Part shown: positions 36,601-47,190 of the stretch, piece after piece
Numbering within the stretch: position 1 is the first letter of the stretch
Layout: each line of letters starts with the position of its first letter
Source: Eledone cirrhosa
Lineage: Eukaryota
Assembly: GCA_964016885.1 (NCBI GenBank)
Contig: OZ024740.1
Span: forward strand, 337,032,001-337,096,000
DNA length: 64,000 nucleotides
Reading direction: 5' to 3'
Position numbers and translations under genes: made by a program
The notes under the pieces: model-generated
Told to the model about the DNA's origin: nothing
The model's database searches: none
Seen by the model: the letters and a program-made list of their open reading frames with translations, nothing else

Positions 36601-38350
36601 AAGACTGGCTGCCCATGGGAACTCCTATATGCAGATGATCTAACGCTCATAGCTGAATCAATGGCTGAACTAGAGAAGAAATTCCAAACATGGAAGCATG
36701 GCCTAGAATCAAAAGGCCTTAAAGTTAACTTGTCTAAGACTAAAGTTCTAGTTTGTAGGAAGGAAAATAGGGCACCGGTCCCATCTGGGAAATGGCCATG
36801 CTCAGTGTGTAGGAAAGGAGTAGGCAGAAACTCCATTTTATGTCCCAAATGCAAAGTATGGGTGCATAAAAGATGTAGTGGGATCACAGTTAAGCTAATT
36901 AAGAATATAGATTTTATATGTGGCCGGTGCTCTGGTGCAATAAGTAGCAGCAAGTGCCCACAGAATACTAGCTCATTCCATTGCACAGATGGTTCTATAG
37001 AAATAGTGGACAGCTTCCGTTACCTGGGTGACAAAATCAGTAGTGGGGGAGGGTGCTCTGAAAGTACAGTAGCTAGAGTCAGAACGGGATGGAAAAAGTT
37101 CAGAGAGCTTATACCACTATTGGCTGCTAAAGGGTTCTCTCTAAAAATGAAAGGCAGGCTGTATGATGCTTTATACGAACAGCAATGTTACATGGCAGTG
37201 AGACCTGGGCATTGTGTGCAGAGGATATACGCAGACTGGAAAGAAACGAAGCTTGCATGTTCCGCTGGATGTGTAATAGTAATATACGTGAACGGCAAAG
37301 CATAAACGAACTAAGGGAGAAATTAGGAATAAGAGGGATCAGATGTTGTTTACTCGAGAGAAGACTACGTTGGTACGGTCACGTGATGCGCATGAAAGAC
37401 GACAGCTGTATAAAAAAGTGCAGGGCGATAAAAATAGACGGTAGCCACGGAATAGGCAGACCCAGAAAAACCTGGGATGATTTGATAAATTCCGACCTCA
37501 CACACTTACACCTCTGCAAGACAATGTCATTGGACCGAGATCTTTGGCGCTACACAGTTATACAGAAGACCCGCCTTGCCTAAGTACAAAGCGAAATCTA
37601 CAGTCAGTAGGCACCTCTAACAAAATACACCCCCGTCCCACTACCCCCACCCCATCCACACCACCCCGTTAAATGTGAAGTTATGTTGGTACCACAACAT
37701 CCAGTCCGAAACAAATGAGGTTGTGTAGTTGTCACGACAAAAAAACACACAGTCCACGCTGTAATGTGGCCGTGTGTAGGTAACGGTAAAAACCTCCCAG
37801 TACACACTGTAAACGTGGTTGGTGTTAGGAAGGGCATCCAGCCGTAGAAAATCCGCCAGACAGTCCTATACGAGCAGGACAACCAATCTTGCCTCAAGTG
37901 GGAAAACTCCCGTCCAAACCCATGCAAGCGTGGAAGATGGACGTTAAACGATGATGATGATGATGATGATGATGATATATATATATCGGAGGTATACAGT
38001 CCTGATGAAGGGTAATGACCCAGAAACAAGTTGATTGTTCCTCAATGCCAGTGTTGAACAAATGGATGACGATTTGTCATCGGCACGGCATAGCTTTAAT
38101 CTAGTTGTTTGTTTACAAACGAATCAAATATTATTAATATTTGATATAACCTGGACCTACTTATATGTATATGTATATATATGTATATGTGTATATACTA
38201 TATATATATATATATATATATGTATAAAGAACCAGGTGGACCATAACTCACCAGAGTACTCGATACAGTTCGGATCTAGCTGTTGAAACGGCCGGAGCTC
38301 AGCCATCGGCGTCCTGACTCTTTTCCTATATATGTATATGTGTATGTATA

Positions 38351-38401
<51 letters not shown>

Positions 38402-41400
38402 CATCATCATCACCATTTAAAGTCCATTTTTCCATGCTAGCATGTGTTAGATGAGTTGCCCCATTATGAGACAACCCAGTCCGAATACCATGTCTTGCTC
38501 ATACAGAACTAGTTTTGGCTTGGTTTCTATGGTTGGATGCCCTTCTTAACACCAACCACATATATTTATTTTTTCTGCTTTGTCCTTTTTATCGTGACAC
38601 CTACATCACCACTTTACAGTGTGAGCGTGTGTGATGGGCAGATATATATATATATATATATTTAGAGATAAGAGGGATCAGATGTTGTTTACTCGAGAGA
38701 AGGCTACGTTGGTATGGACACGTGATGCGCATGAAAGTCGATAGCTGTATAACAAAGTGCAGGGCAATAAAGATAGACGGTAGTCACGGAATAGGCAGAC
38801 CTAGAAAAACCTGGGACGAGCTGATAAACTCCGACATCACACACTTACACCTCTCCAAGACAATGTCACTGGACCGAGACCTTTGGCGGTACTCAGTAAC
38901 AGAGAAGACCCGCCTTACCTAAATACATAGTAAAACCTACTACAGCCAGTAGGCATCTCTAACAAAATACACCCCGTCCCACCACCACCACCCCCACCCC
39001 ATCCACACCACCCCGTTCTATGTAAAGTTATGTTGGTGCCGCGCCATCCAGGCCGAAACAAATGAGATCGTGTAGGTGTCACGACAAAAAAACACACAGT
39101 CCACGCTGTAATGTGGCCGTGTAGGCAACACGGTAAAAACCTCCCAGACCCACACTGTAAATGTGGTTGGTGTTAGGAAGGGCATCCAACTGTAGAAAAC
39201 CTGCCAGACAGTCCTATGCGAGCAAGACAATCACTCTTGCCTCAAGTGGGACTACCCCCGTCCAAACCCATGCAAGCGTGGAACACGGACGTTAAACGTT
39301 GATGATGATGATGATATATATATATATATATATAAGTAAAAATTAGTGAGAATCGAATTTCAGCTCAGGAATTAATGAAAATCACTTCCGAGTTGTGTGG
39401 CAAGCGCTCAATAATTCATATGAATTAGAGCTTACAACTTACGTTAAAGGCCAAACACACTGAGATGGTGGTTAAACTAATCCGCACAGTGAAAAATCGA
39501 CCGCCTAATTCGGGTCAAACAGATATACAAATATAAAAATATATAAAAATATAAATGGTTGAAAGTTTACCCGGACCCCTGGAGAGATGGTAAAATCCAG
39601 TATTTGGGTTTCTGCAGTATATATATATATATATATACATATTACTATATAACAGTGAAAAGTGAACGGCATTGTGAAACTAATCACTATAGTTTTAAAG
39701 ATGTCAAAATTAACTGAAATGGACAAGTGGAAACCATCTGAATATTCGAAAAGAGTAAACTGCATTATGATAATTCATGCTGGGCATAAAAACTCCGCAA
39801 TCATGACAGCTGCTCAAAGTTCTTTGAACCCTGTGAAAGCAATAAGACGTCAAATGAAGAGCTGCAACGGAGACTATGGGGCTGTGGACTGTAGGAAAAA
39901 ACACTGCAGGCGTTCTGATCAGAATAGAATTTATCCAATAACTGCAGGAGAAAGTGATGGAACACCCAGGCAAGGGAATACAAACTTTAATGTGGTAAAT
40001 AGGTGTTGCAGCTTCCACCATGAAGCTGGCCTTCAGTGAGGGCCTCTACTTCCACTCATACAAGAGGCATAAAGGCCAACTTCTAACAGAAAAGGCTTGA
40101 GAAAACCGTTTGACAAAGCAAAGAAACTTCTGAACAAAGTGAAACATCCTGTTGAACCAAGGACAATCTAGTTCTCTGATGAAAAGAATTTTTGTCAGTA
40201 CCAGGTGCACAACAACCAGAACAACAGATGACTTGCCTACAATCCATATGACGTTCCTCGTGTCATGAAGACCAAGTTTTCCCAAACTGTAATAGTTTTG
40301 GGATGTGTCACATCTTTGAACAGGGTCTCAGGCTCAATTTGGCTGGCTATGTGGAGTTGCTGATTACCATGGTTAAGCCTTGTTTGGAGGGGGTGGTTTC
40401 TGAAAGACCATATATGTGGCAGCAAGATTCAGCTCCCTGTCTCACCTCTGGGAAGACTCAGAAATGGTTGTCAGAGAATTTTTATGACTTCATCACCCTC
40501 AATGTTTGGCCCCTTAACTCCTCTGATTGCAATCCTATGGATTATTATGTGTGGGGCATGGTTGAGAAAGACACCCACCGCATTGCTTGTTATACCAATA
40601 CCCAACTAATCGACAAAATTAAAGAGGCGTTTGAGGCTCTTCCTAGGGACACCGTGAAGGGTCATGTGCCAGATTCCGGAGCCGGATCAAGACTGGTGGA
40701 TGCTGAGGGTGGATTCTTTGACTTAATTTTCTCTTTTGATTGTTTTAATCTTTGTGCCACTTACTATTTTTCCAATAAATTTATTTTTTGTTAAGATATT
40801 CACTCCTTTTCCTTACCCCCCCCCCAAAAAAAAAAACCTGTCAAATTTATCCCAAACACTCTGTATATAAATGTATGTATGTATGTATGTATATATATAT
40901 ATAAATTTAAATAAAAAAACAATGTTATCCTTGACCGAGATGAAGCAAGAGTGTATTTGAATACATATAAAAATGAGAAAACTCATCACTAGAACAGTCA
41001 TTTAAGCAGTTAAATGCTGTCAAAGACAGTGATGGGCAAAATGCCCCAGAGGACAGAGACCAGCAGCCCATGGTCAATAGAGAGACAATCCACTCTGGAG
41101 GGCCCCCACTTCACAAATTCACCACAGTATTCATGGCCAGCTCTCACTTTGCTGCTTGCACTATTATACATCTATACTACTTTTCTAATTATATGTACAA
41201 CATGAAATAATGTCAACAACATTCTTAATTTCTGTCATATTTCTTCCTCTACTTTCAGCAAGCAATTCTTATTTGCCAAAAACCATGTGATCAAAGATAA
41301 ACGTTTAATAGCAATGTGCCAAGGGCTTTGGGCTAAGTTGAGATTCTTGTACCATCTGAGGAATCTGAAGAAGAAAGGGATACAATATAGTTTGGACACA

Positions 41401-41484
41401 GCAATAGACAATGCCCTGTATTCTTCCTCCACTTTCACTAACCAGAATTGTTGTAATGTCCAGTGGACATCTTGTAGTTCTTGA
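26362..41484 (+). CDS. Uncharacterized F58A4.6-like / DUF4807-family protein, 4 coding exons, about 356 aa
   Basis: Exons 26362-26945, 32084-32198, 33276-33421 and 41259-41484 splice in frame (GT-AG, phases 2/0/2). Motifs IDYSW, EAMALLSTLGGGYSALGEH, KQLQIAM..DPLSIARCYLYIALSLMQRG and DKRLIAMCQGLWAKLRFLY match the DUF4807 family as I recall it. Confidence 0.88.
27990..28130 (+). mobile_element. Degenerate LINE RT fragment (CR1/Jockey-like)
   Basis: SINFCVLQGSVSSKIFFLYINGL resembles INSGVPQGSVLSP.LF.LYINDL. Confidence 0.5.
28440..28760 (+). mobile_element. Ty3/Gypsy integrase fragment
   Basis: IPLKLVSDNGSQFSSQLFKEFS..FEH..PTYLQSNSM*DRRVGILKSVLLKADD..NYRN. Confidence 0.78.
29280..29612 (+). mobile_element. 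Old RTE 3' fragment
   Basis: Degenerate LRW.HV / GR.RK.W remnant and an acccattcaagcat tail. Confidence 0.6.
29837..30114. mobile_element. hAT (Charlie-type) MITE
   Basis: 8-bp TSD CTTTAGAA; termini AAGTGGTCTCCAACC / GTTGGGGATCTCTG. Confidence 0.8.
30848..31345 (-). mobile_element. RTE 3' fragment with composite UTR
   Basis: GRPKKT-like coding remnant, 49-bp-type units, GTTTTAGGAAGGGCATCC motif and (TGA)n tail. Confidence 0.75.
31480..32040 (-). mobile_element. Mariner transposase relic (internally deleted)
   Basis: NSVWKIITEDFGMWKICVKIVSNLLNDDQKE..VCQDILNYLE is the mariner linker region. Confidence 0.65.
32084..32198 (+). CDS. DUF4807 gene coding exon 2
   Basis: YCRMQQLVEMKLRMDEAMALLSTLGGGYSALGEHYEKH; pyrimidine-rich acceptor, GTATGT donor. 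Confidence 0.92.
33276..33421 (+). CDS. DUF4807 gene coding exon 3
   Basis: SLEACSIAIKQLQIAMKSTDPLSIARCYLYIALSLMQRGYLHCSRSII(R). Confidence 0.92.
33545..34160. repeat. About 52-bp minisatellite, about 12 copies, each unit a hairpin
   Basis: Unit GGGTCACCTTAACCTTAGCAGAATAAGTTAAGGGGTGGTGTGATGTATGACT; starts at 33700, 33752, 33804 and so on. Confidence 0.92.
34480..35900 (+). mobile_element. Penelope-like element 3' half (GIY-YIG, Naiad/Neptune-like), decayed, with hammerhead in the 3' region
   Basis: RNITWLNPPFSSNLATNISKRFF..KLFNKNNIKISFS..CRYPNACPLNGHCLTPNIVYRCTV..YIRST..FKVRYNAH..CDLCITEA..EVTISCQH; frameshift at the poly-C run and two stops. Confidence 0.9.
35735..35853 (+). ncRNA. Hammerhead ribozyme motif (type I, CCGAUGA core, long loop II)
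   Basis: GTT-CCGATGA-GCTGCTCT...GGAGTAGC-GAAA-TAATT-GTA-AAC; stem II of at least 8 bp; near-palindromic stem III. Confidence 0.6.
36155..37975 (+). mobile_element. 5'-truncated RTE LINE, family B (long composite 3' UTR)
   Basis: RT YRGIKL..QFGFVSGKSTTDA..DLEKAFDRVPR..HQGSVLSPLLF..YADD; two frameshifts; the ORF ends KTRLA*, then about 390 nt of UTR and (GAT)n. Confidence 0.93.
37997..38037 (+). ncRNA. Minimal type I hammerhead ribozyme motif
   Basis: CAGTC-CTGATGA-A-GGGT AATG ACCC-A-GAAA-CAA-GTT-GATTG; stem I CAGTC/GATTG; lies in a (TA)n-flanked insert. Confidence 0.62.
38665..39313 (+). mobile_element. RTE family B 3' fragment
   Basis: RRLRWYGHVMRM..GRPRKTW plus the same composite 3' UTR and (GAT)n tail. 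Confidence 0.88.
39650..40865 (+). mobile_element. DD37D (maT) Tc1/mariner transposon relic
   Basis: FSDEKNF..WQQDSAP..WPLNSSDCNPMDYYVW with 37 residues between the second and third Asp; right TIR ...gtcaaatttatcccaaacactctg followed by TA; frameshifts and stops. Confidence 0.88.
41259..41484 (+). CDS. DUF4807 gene last coding exon
   Basis: KQFLFAKNHVIKDKRLIAMCQGLWAKLRFLY...TSCSS*. Confidence 0.9.
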
Positions 41485-41533
41485 TGATTCTTTCACATTA
41501 ATTGTAGTACCACCAAAAAAAACTGATCCATGC

Positions 41534-41539
41534 AATAAA
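41534..41539 (+). terminator. Candidate polyadenylation signal of the DUF4807 gene
   Basis: AATAAA about 50 nt after the stop codon; AT-rich context makes this weak evidence. Confidence 0.4.
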
Positions 41540-42254
41540 TTCTAGAATTTTATTAAATTGATAGAAAATCTTGTTGGCAATTTTTATTGAGAATTGTAGA
41601 ATATGAGAATATATTTTAAGGCCTTAATTATTTTTGCCCACTTTATATATAACAAAAAAACAAACAAACAAACATGTTCTTGAGTTTTTGTTGGAGTATT
41701 TTGATTCTTAAGCTACATATCTTTTATAAGTTTTATATCAACCATATTTTGCAGTGTCAGTTCCTATTTTAATTCTGCATGATTAATTTAGACTGCCACT
41801 GTTTCATTCTTTGACATTTTAACAGTTACTTCTTGAATAAGATTTATATATTCCCACCCTTGCAAGCAGGGAAAAGTGGATGTAAAATGATGATGATGAT
41901 GATGATTTCAGCAATATAACATTCCAGTGGTTTATTATTTTATAATCGTAGTGGACTTAATCTGTCATCTAGTTTAACACCACCACCTCGTCCTTTTGTG
42001 CCTTTAGCAGAATTTTCATTGTTTCAAGTATTTGGGTCAGGTCTCCAGTTTGAGGATAACTTCTTTCCTCCAACCAGTCTTGGAGACTCTGAAAATACAG
42101 GGTCATGGGTGCTGACATTCTCTCACTGATTAATCTTTACAAAATGATGCTCTCATTTCTAAATGTTATCAACAACATACCATTTGTAGATGTTTATTGG
42201 CAATATGTAATGGATAAAGTATTTGGAATTTGACATCCCCTTACATGTATCAAT

Positions 42255-42490
42255 ATAATGTAAGATTATTGTGTACAGTGCTCAGGTGCACTACAACTCA
42301 TCAAAGGTACATGTATAGTACATAGAATAATGTACAAATGTCAGGAAAGGGAACAGTGTATGAGTCATGATATACACAAAGATACATGTGTGTGTGTATA
42401 GAGGGAGTATATCAGGTGTAGTTTGGCGAATTTCGGGAAGCATAGAAATTTTGAAGAGCGCAGTGTCCCAATAGCTAACAACTGTTGCAG
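42255..42490 (-). mobile_element. Second, shorter CR1 3' end copy
   Basis: Clear sequence similarity to 60003-60241 (attattgtgtacagtgctcaggtgcactacaactcatcaaagg...). Confidence 0.8.
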
Positions 42491-43974
42491 TACCTGGAGG
42501 TATTCCTGGGCCAAGAACTAAACTCTCCTAACATTTATATCTAGCTTACTGAAGTAAGATTTCAAAGAGTTTCAGTGTTGAAGTAAAGGATGCAGCTTAC
42601 TCTACTTTATTATAAATGTTTATGAAATAGACTCACTGTTTAGTGTCACTGTCACTGACTATATAACTCCTCATGGGGTTGTATGGGTGCTGTGGCGTGG
42701 TTATTTTAAAACCTTGTTTGACCACAGCTGATTTCTTTCAAACAGTCATTCATTAAACATTAATTTGGTCATTCTCACAGTTGTCATTGTGAGTTCTGAT
42801 GAGGCCTTCGTGGGAACATATTTGGATTATGCGTCAACAGCAGACTGAAATTGTAATTAATCGACCAACGTAGAGTTATTCCCCTTGCACAGATACATTT
42901 GTGTGTGTGTGTGTGTCTGACTTTTGCTTGAGTCTGGAGGAAGTGACTGTGCTCATGACCTTTGCTGACCCTGCAAAATCGGTGCGATTAATGCTGTTGA
43001 TGTTCTGCTTAAGCAGTTGCTAGTTGACAGCTGAGGGAAGACACGAGGAAGGAGGGAGTTCCGGAAGTGTGTGTGTATAAGACTAGGTAAATGAAAGATT
43101 GTATAAGTGGATGTGTTAGTGTGTATGTATGTATGTGTGAGTGAACATATCTATGTGAGAGTGCATGTGTGTATGTTTATTTGTCCATGCTATTAGAAAT
43201 GTGGCTGTTTTTAAGTGTTTATTTTAGTTGCTTCCTCTTAAAAAATTGCTTTACAGGGAGAGGTTTGGCAGTTTTCATAATTATATTTATCTCCCATTTA
43301 CATACACTCTACTCTCTATCTCTACTTTTCTCACTATATATATATAAATACACACATACACATATATATATACATATATCATCATCATCATCATCATTTA
43401 ACATCCATTTTCCATGGTAGCAAGGGTTAGATGGGTCGTCAAAGACCAAGTTAGTACTCAAGTGCACCTACTGACCTCTCAGATGAGCTGGGGACCTGCA
43501 TCTCACGTTTCCACACTCTACCGACTCCATCTCAATTACATACATTCTGGTGCTCACCAAGTGCATTTTATCCTGGCACCAGCACTGGGAGATTATAATG
43601 TATTTGACACAATCCTTTGTTTGGAAGGTTTTCTATGGCTGGATGCCCTTCCTATCAACAACCACTTTAGAGAGTGTACTGGGTGTATTTATCATGTAGA
43701 ACACAAATAAGGTTGTCATGCCATTGACAGAACTGAAGTGTCCTCTCAATCCCTATTTGGCCTGGTTTCTACAGTGAAATGCCTTTCATATTGCCAACCA
43801 AACCAACTTATAGGGTGTATTGGGTATTGTTTTCATGGCATGAGACAAATTAAAAAAAAAATTTTTTATTTCACAAAAAACCTTTAAAAAGAGGTTGTGT
43901 TCTCCGAGCATCTGTCCATAGTTAAATGTTGGCAACGAAATTTCAGATGTATTTGTTAATTATAAGATAACATT

Positions 43975-44815
43975 TAAAAGGTTTCTCTCTAAAAATGAAA
44001 GGCAGATTGTATGATGCCTGTATACGAACAACAATGCTACATGGCAGTGAGACATGGGCATTACGTGCAGAGGACCTGTGTAGACTGGAAAGGAACGAAG
44101 CATGCATGCTCCGTTGGATGTTTAATAGTAATATACGTGAACGGCAAAGCATAAATGAACTAAGTGATAAATTAGGAATAAGAGGGATCAGATGCTGTTT
44201 ACTTGAGAGAAGACTACGTTGGTATAGCCACGTGATGTGCATGAAAGACAACTGTATAAAATAATGCAGGGCGATCAAAATTGATGGTAGTTACGGAGTA
44301 GGTAGACCCAGAAAAACCTGGGACGATCTGATAAATTCCAACCTTACACACTTGCACTTCTCTAAGACAATGTCACTGGACCGAGATCTTTGGCGTTATG
44401 CAGTAATACAGAAGACCCGCCTTGCCTATGTACAAAGCGAAACCTACAGTCAGTAGGCACCTCTTAACCAAATATACACCCCAATCTACTACCTACCCTA
44501 TCCTCTCACTCCCACCAACACCATCCTCTCTCTGTAAAGTTGGTACCACAACAACCAGTCCAAATGTAGGTGTCACGACAAAAAAACACACAGTCCACGC
44601 TGTAATGTGGCCGTGTAGGTAACATGGTAAAAAATTCCCAGTTCCACACTGTAAATGTGGTTGGTGTTAGGAAGGGCATCCAGCTGTAGAAAACCTGCCG
44701 GATAGTCCTATATGAGCAAGACACGGTCACCCGACCAATCTTGCCTCAAGTGGGACAACTCCTGTCTAACCCATGCTAGCGTGGAAGATGGACGTTAAGC
44801 GAAGATGATGATGAT
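43975..44815 (+). mobile_element. RTE family B 3' fragment
   Basis: KGRLYDACIRTTMLHGSETWAL..RRLRWY plus composite 3' UTR. Confidence 0.88.
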
Positions 44816-45126
44816 TGTAAAGTTAGACAAAAAATATTTAAATGAAACAAAAAAGGGAAAGAAGAAAAAGAGAATGAAGAAGAGGGAGGGACAGATTCTA
44901 TACCCCAGTTTGAATAGTGATTTGGGCATGCCTTGCAGACAGAATGGTGAAGGCATTGCCATACAGAATGGCTGGCAAGACCAACTGCAACAGCCACCCC
45001 ACCTCAGGCGGACTGCTGTTGTCCTGATTTTGCGAAGGAAATTGGCAATGTGGGGACCAAGGATACCAGAGGTCTTGATGGCAACCAGTACAAAAAAGGA
45101 AGTGGTTGGAAAAACCCTTGTATTTG

Positions 45127-46425
45127 TGGACCAAGTTATGAAAGGGATGGAAAGAGTTATAGCACAACTAGTTAGAGAAAGAGTCAAATTAGACGAGATG
45201 CAGTTTGGTTTAATGCTTGGGAAAAGTACTACAGACACCATCTTTTTAGTGAGGCAACTACAAGAGAAGTTTCTAGCCCCAAATAATCCACTATACCTAT
45301 CTTTTGTTGACCTAGAAAAAGCATTTGTCAGAGCACCCTGATCTATTATCTGATGGTCCTTAAGGAAATTAGGCGTGAAGAATGGTTGGTGAGAGCTGTG
45401 CACGTCATCTACAGAAGAGCCTTCAGCAAAGTGAAAGTAGGAAATGAGTTTAGTGAGGAATTCAAGGTACAAGTAGGAGTTCATCAAGGTTCAGTTCTTA
45501 GCCCACTACTATTCATTATAGTCCTTCAAGCTATAACAGAGGGAACTTCTCTATGCAGATGATTTGGTCCTTATAGCCGAATCGATAGAAGACCTACAAA
45601 ATAATTTCCGACTATGGAAACAAAATTTAGAATCACAAGGCCTAAGAGTAAACTTAGCCAAAACTTAAGTGCTAGTGAGTAGGAGAGAAGATGGGACACT
45701 GATTCCTTTAGGGAAGAGGCTCTGCTCAAAATGTAGAAAGGGTGTAGGCATAAACTCCATACAATGTACACAATGTAAATCTTGGGTACACAAGAGATGT
45801 GGGATAACGAGTAAGCTAACAGGAAGGGAAGACTTTGTTTGTAGAGTATGCACAGGGGTAACCCAGGGGAAGATAACCAGTGATGTAAGCTTATTCCAGT
45901 CATAGAAAGGACTCATAGAAGTGGTTGATAACTTCTGCTATCTAAGCAACGCATTAGCAATGGAGGAGGGTGCTCTGAGAGCATAATAGCTAGAATAAGG
46001 ATACGATGGAAAAAGTTCAGAGAGTTACTCTACCTGTTGACCACAAAAGGTTTCTCCTTACATAAAAAAGGATGACAGTATGATGCCTGTGTGTGAAGTG
46101 CGATGCGGCATGGTAGAGAAATATGGGTAGTGACTATGGAGGATGTGTGTAGACTGGAGAGAAATGAAGCAACTATGCTCCATTGGATGTGCAATGTAAA
46201 TGTGGGAGAAAGACAGAGCTTGGACGAGTTGAAGGACAAATTGTGTTTAAAAAGAATTTGAGGTGGTGTAGAGGAGAGATGACTGTTGGTTTGGACATGT
46301 GATGTGCATGGACAGTGATCATTGGGTGAAGAAGTGCCAGGAATTGTCAGTGGAAGGAAGTTGTTGTAGAGGTAGACTAAGAAATACCAGAGCAGAGGTT
46401 GTGAGAGTTGACCTGCAATCACTGA
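45127..46425 (+). mobile_element. Decayed RTE RT fragment (family A-like)
   Basis: DQVMK..LDEMQFG..DLEKAF..HQGSVLSPLLF..YADD and the Cys-rich insert; many stops. Confidence 0.88.
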
Positions 46426-46544
46426 GTGAAATTTACCACATCTTAGAAAGGAAATACATTTTTAGCTGTTAATTTCATGTTTAGCATCCTCTCTCTTTAT
46501 TCTCTCTCTTATTTTCTCTCTCATTCTTTATCTCTTCATCTATT

Positions 46545-47190
46545 GGATTGGACTAGGTCAAATCAGACTGGATTGGACAGATTAATATCTGTCCAATCCT
46601 ATCCAATTTGACCCAAACCAATCCGGTTTGATCTGACCCAATTTGATCTGATCTGACCCATTTTCATCTGATTTGGACCATTTTGATCTTGTCTGAACCA
46701 ATCTAACTGGAGCAATCTTATCTCTCTTGATCCAGATGTGGTTTGATCCAATCTGACTCAGTTTCATCTAATCTAACCTGATCTGTTCTGATCTCATCCA
46801 GTCTGGTCTGATCTGATCCAATCTGGTCTGATCTGATCTGGTCACATCTGATCCAATGTGATCAGATCTGGTGTGATCCAATCCAGTCTGATCTGGTCTG
46901 ATCTGATCCAATCCGGTCTGATCCAATGTGATTTGGTCTGCTTTGATCCAGTCTGATCTGATTCGGTCTGGTCTGATCCGACCTGATCCGATCTCATCTG
47001 ATCCAGTCTCATCCAATCTTGTCTGATCTGATCCAGTCTCATCCAATCTTGTCTGATCTGATCCATATCGGTATAATTTGTTCAGATCTGGTCTGATTTG
47101 ATCTGATCTAATTCGATCCTGTCTGATTCAACCGGTGATGTCTGAACTGATCTGATCAGATCCGGTCTAGTTTGATTTGACCTGGTGCAT
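46545..47190. repeat. Degenerate pentanucleotide satellite (ATCTG/ATCCA)n
   Basis: About 650 bp of tctgatctgatccaatctgg variants. Confidence 0.9.

Noticed and set aside
39335-39617. TA-flanked cassette as a possible further hammerhead element
   Set aside because: No convincing core and stem arrangement on either strand.
46582-47066. DQIR/SDQT repeat ORFs
   Set aside because: Translation of a pentanucleotide satellite.
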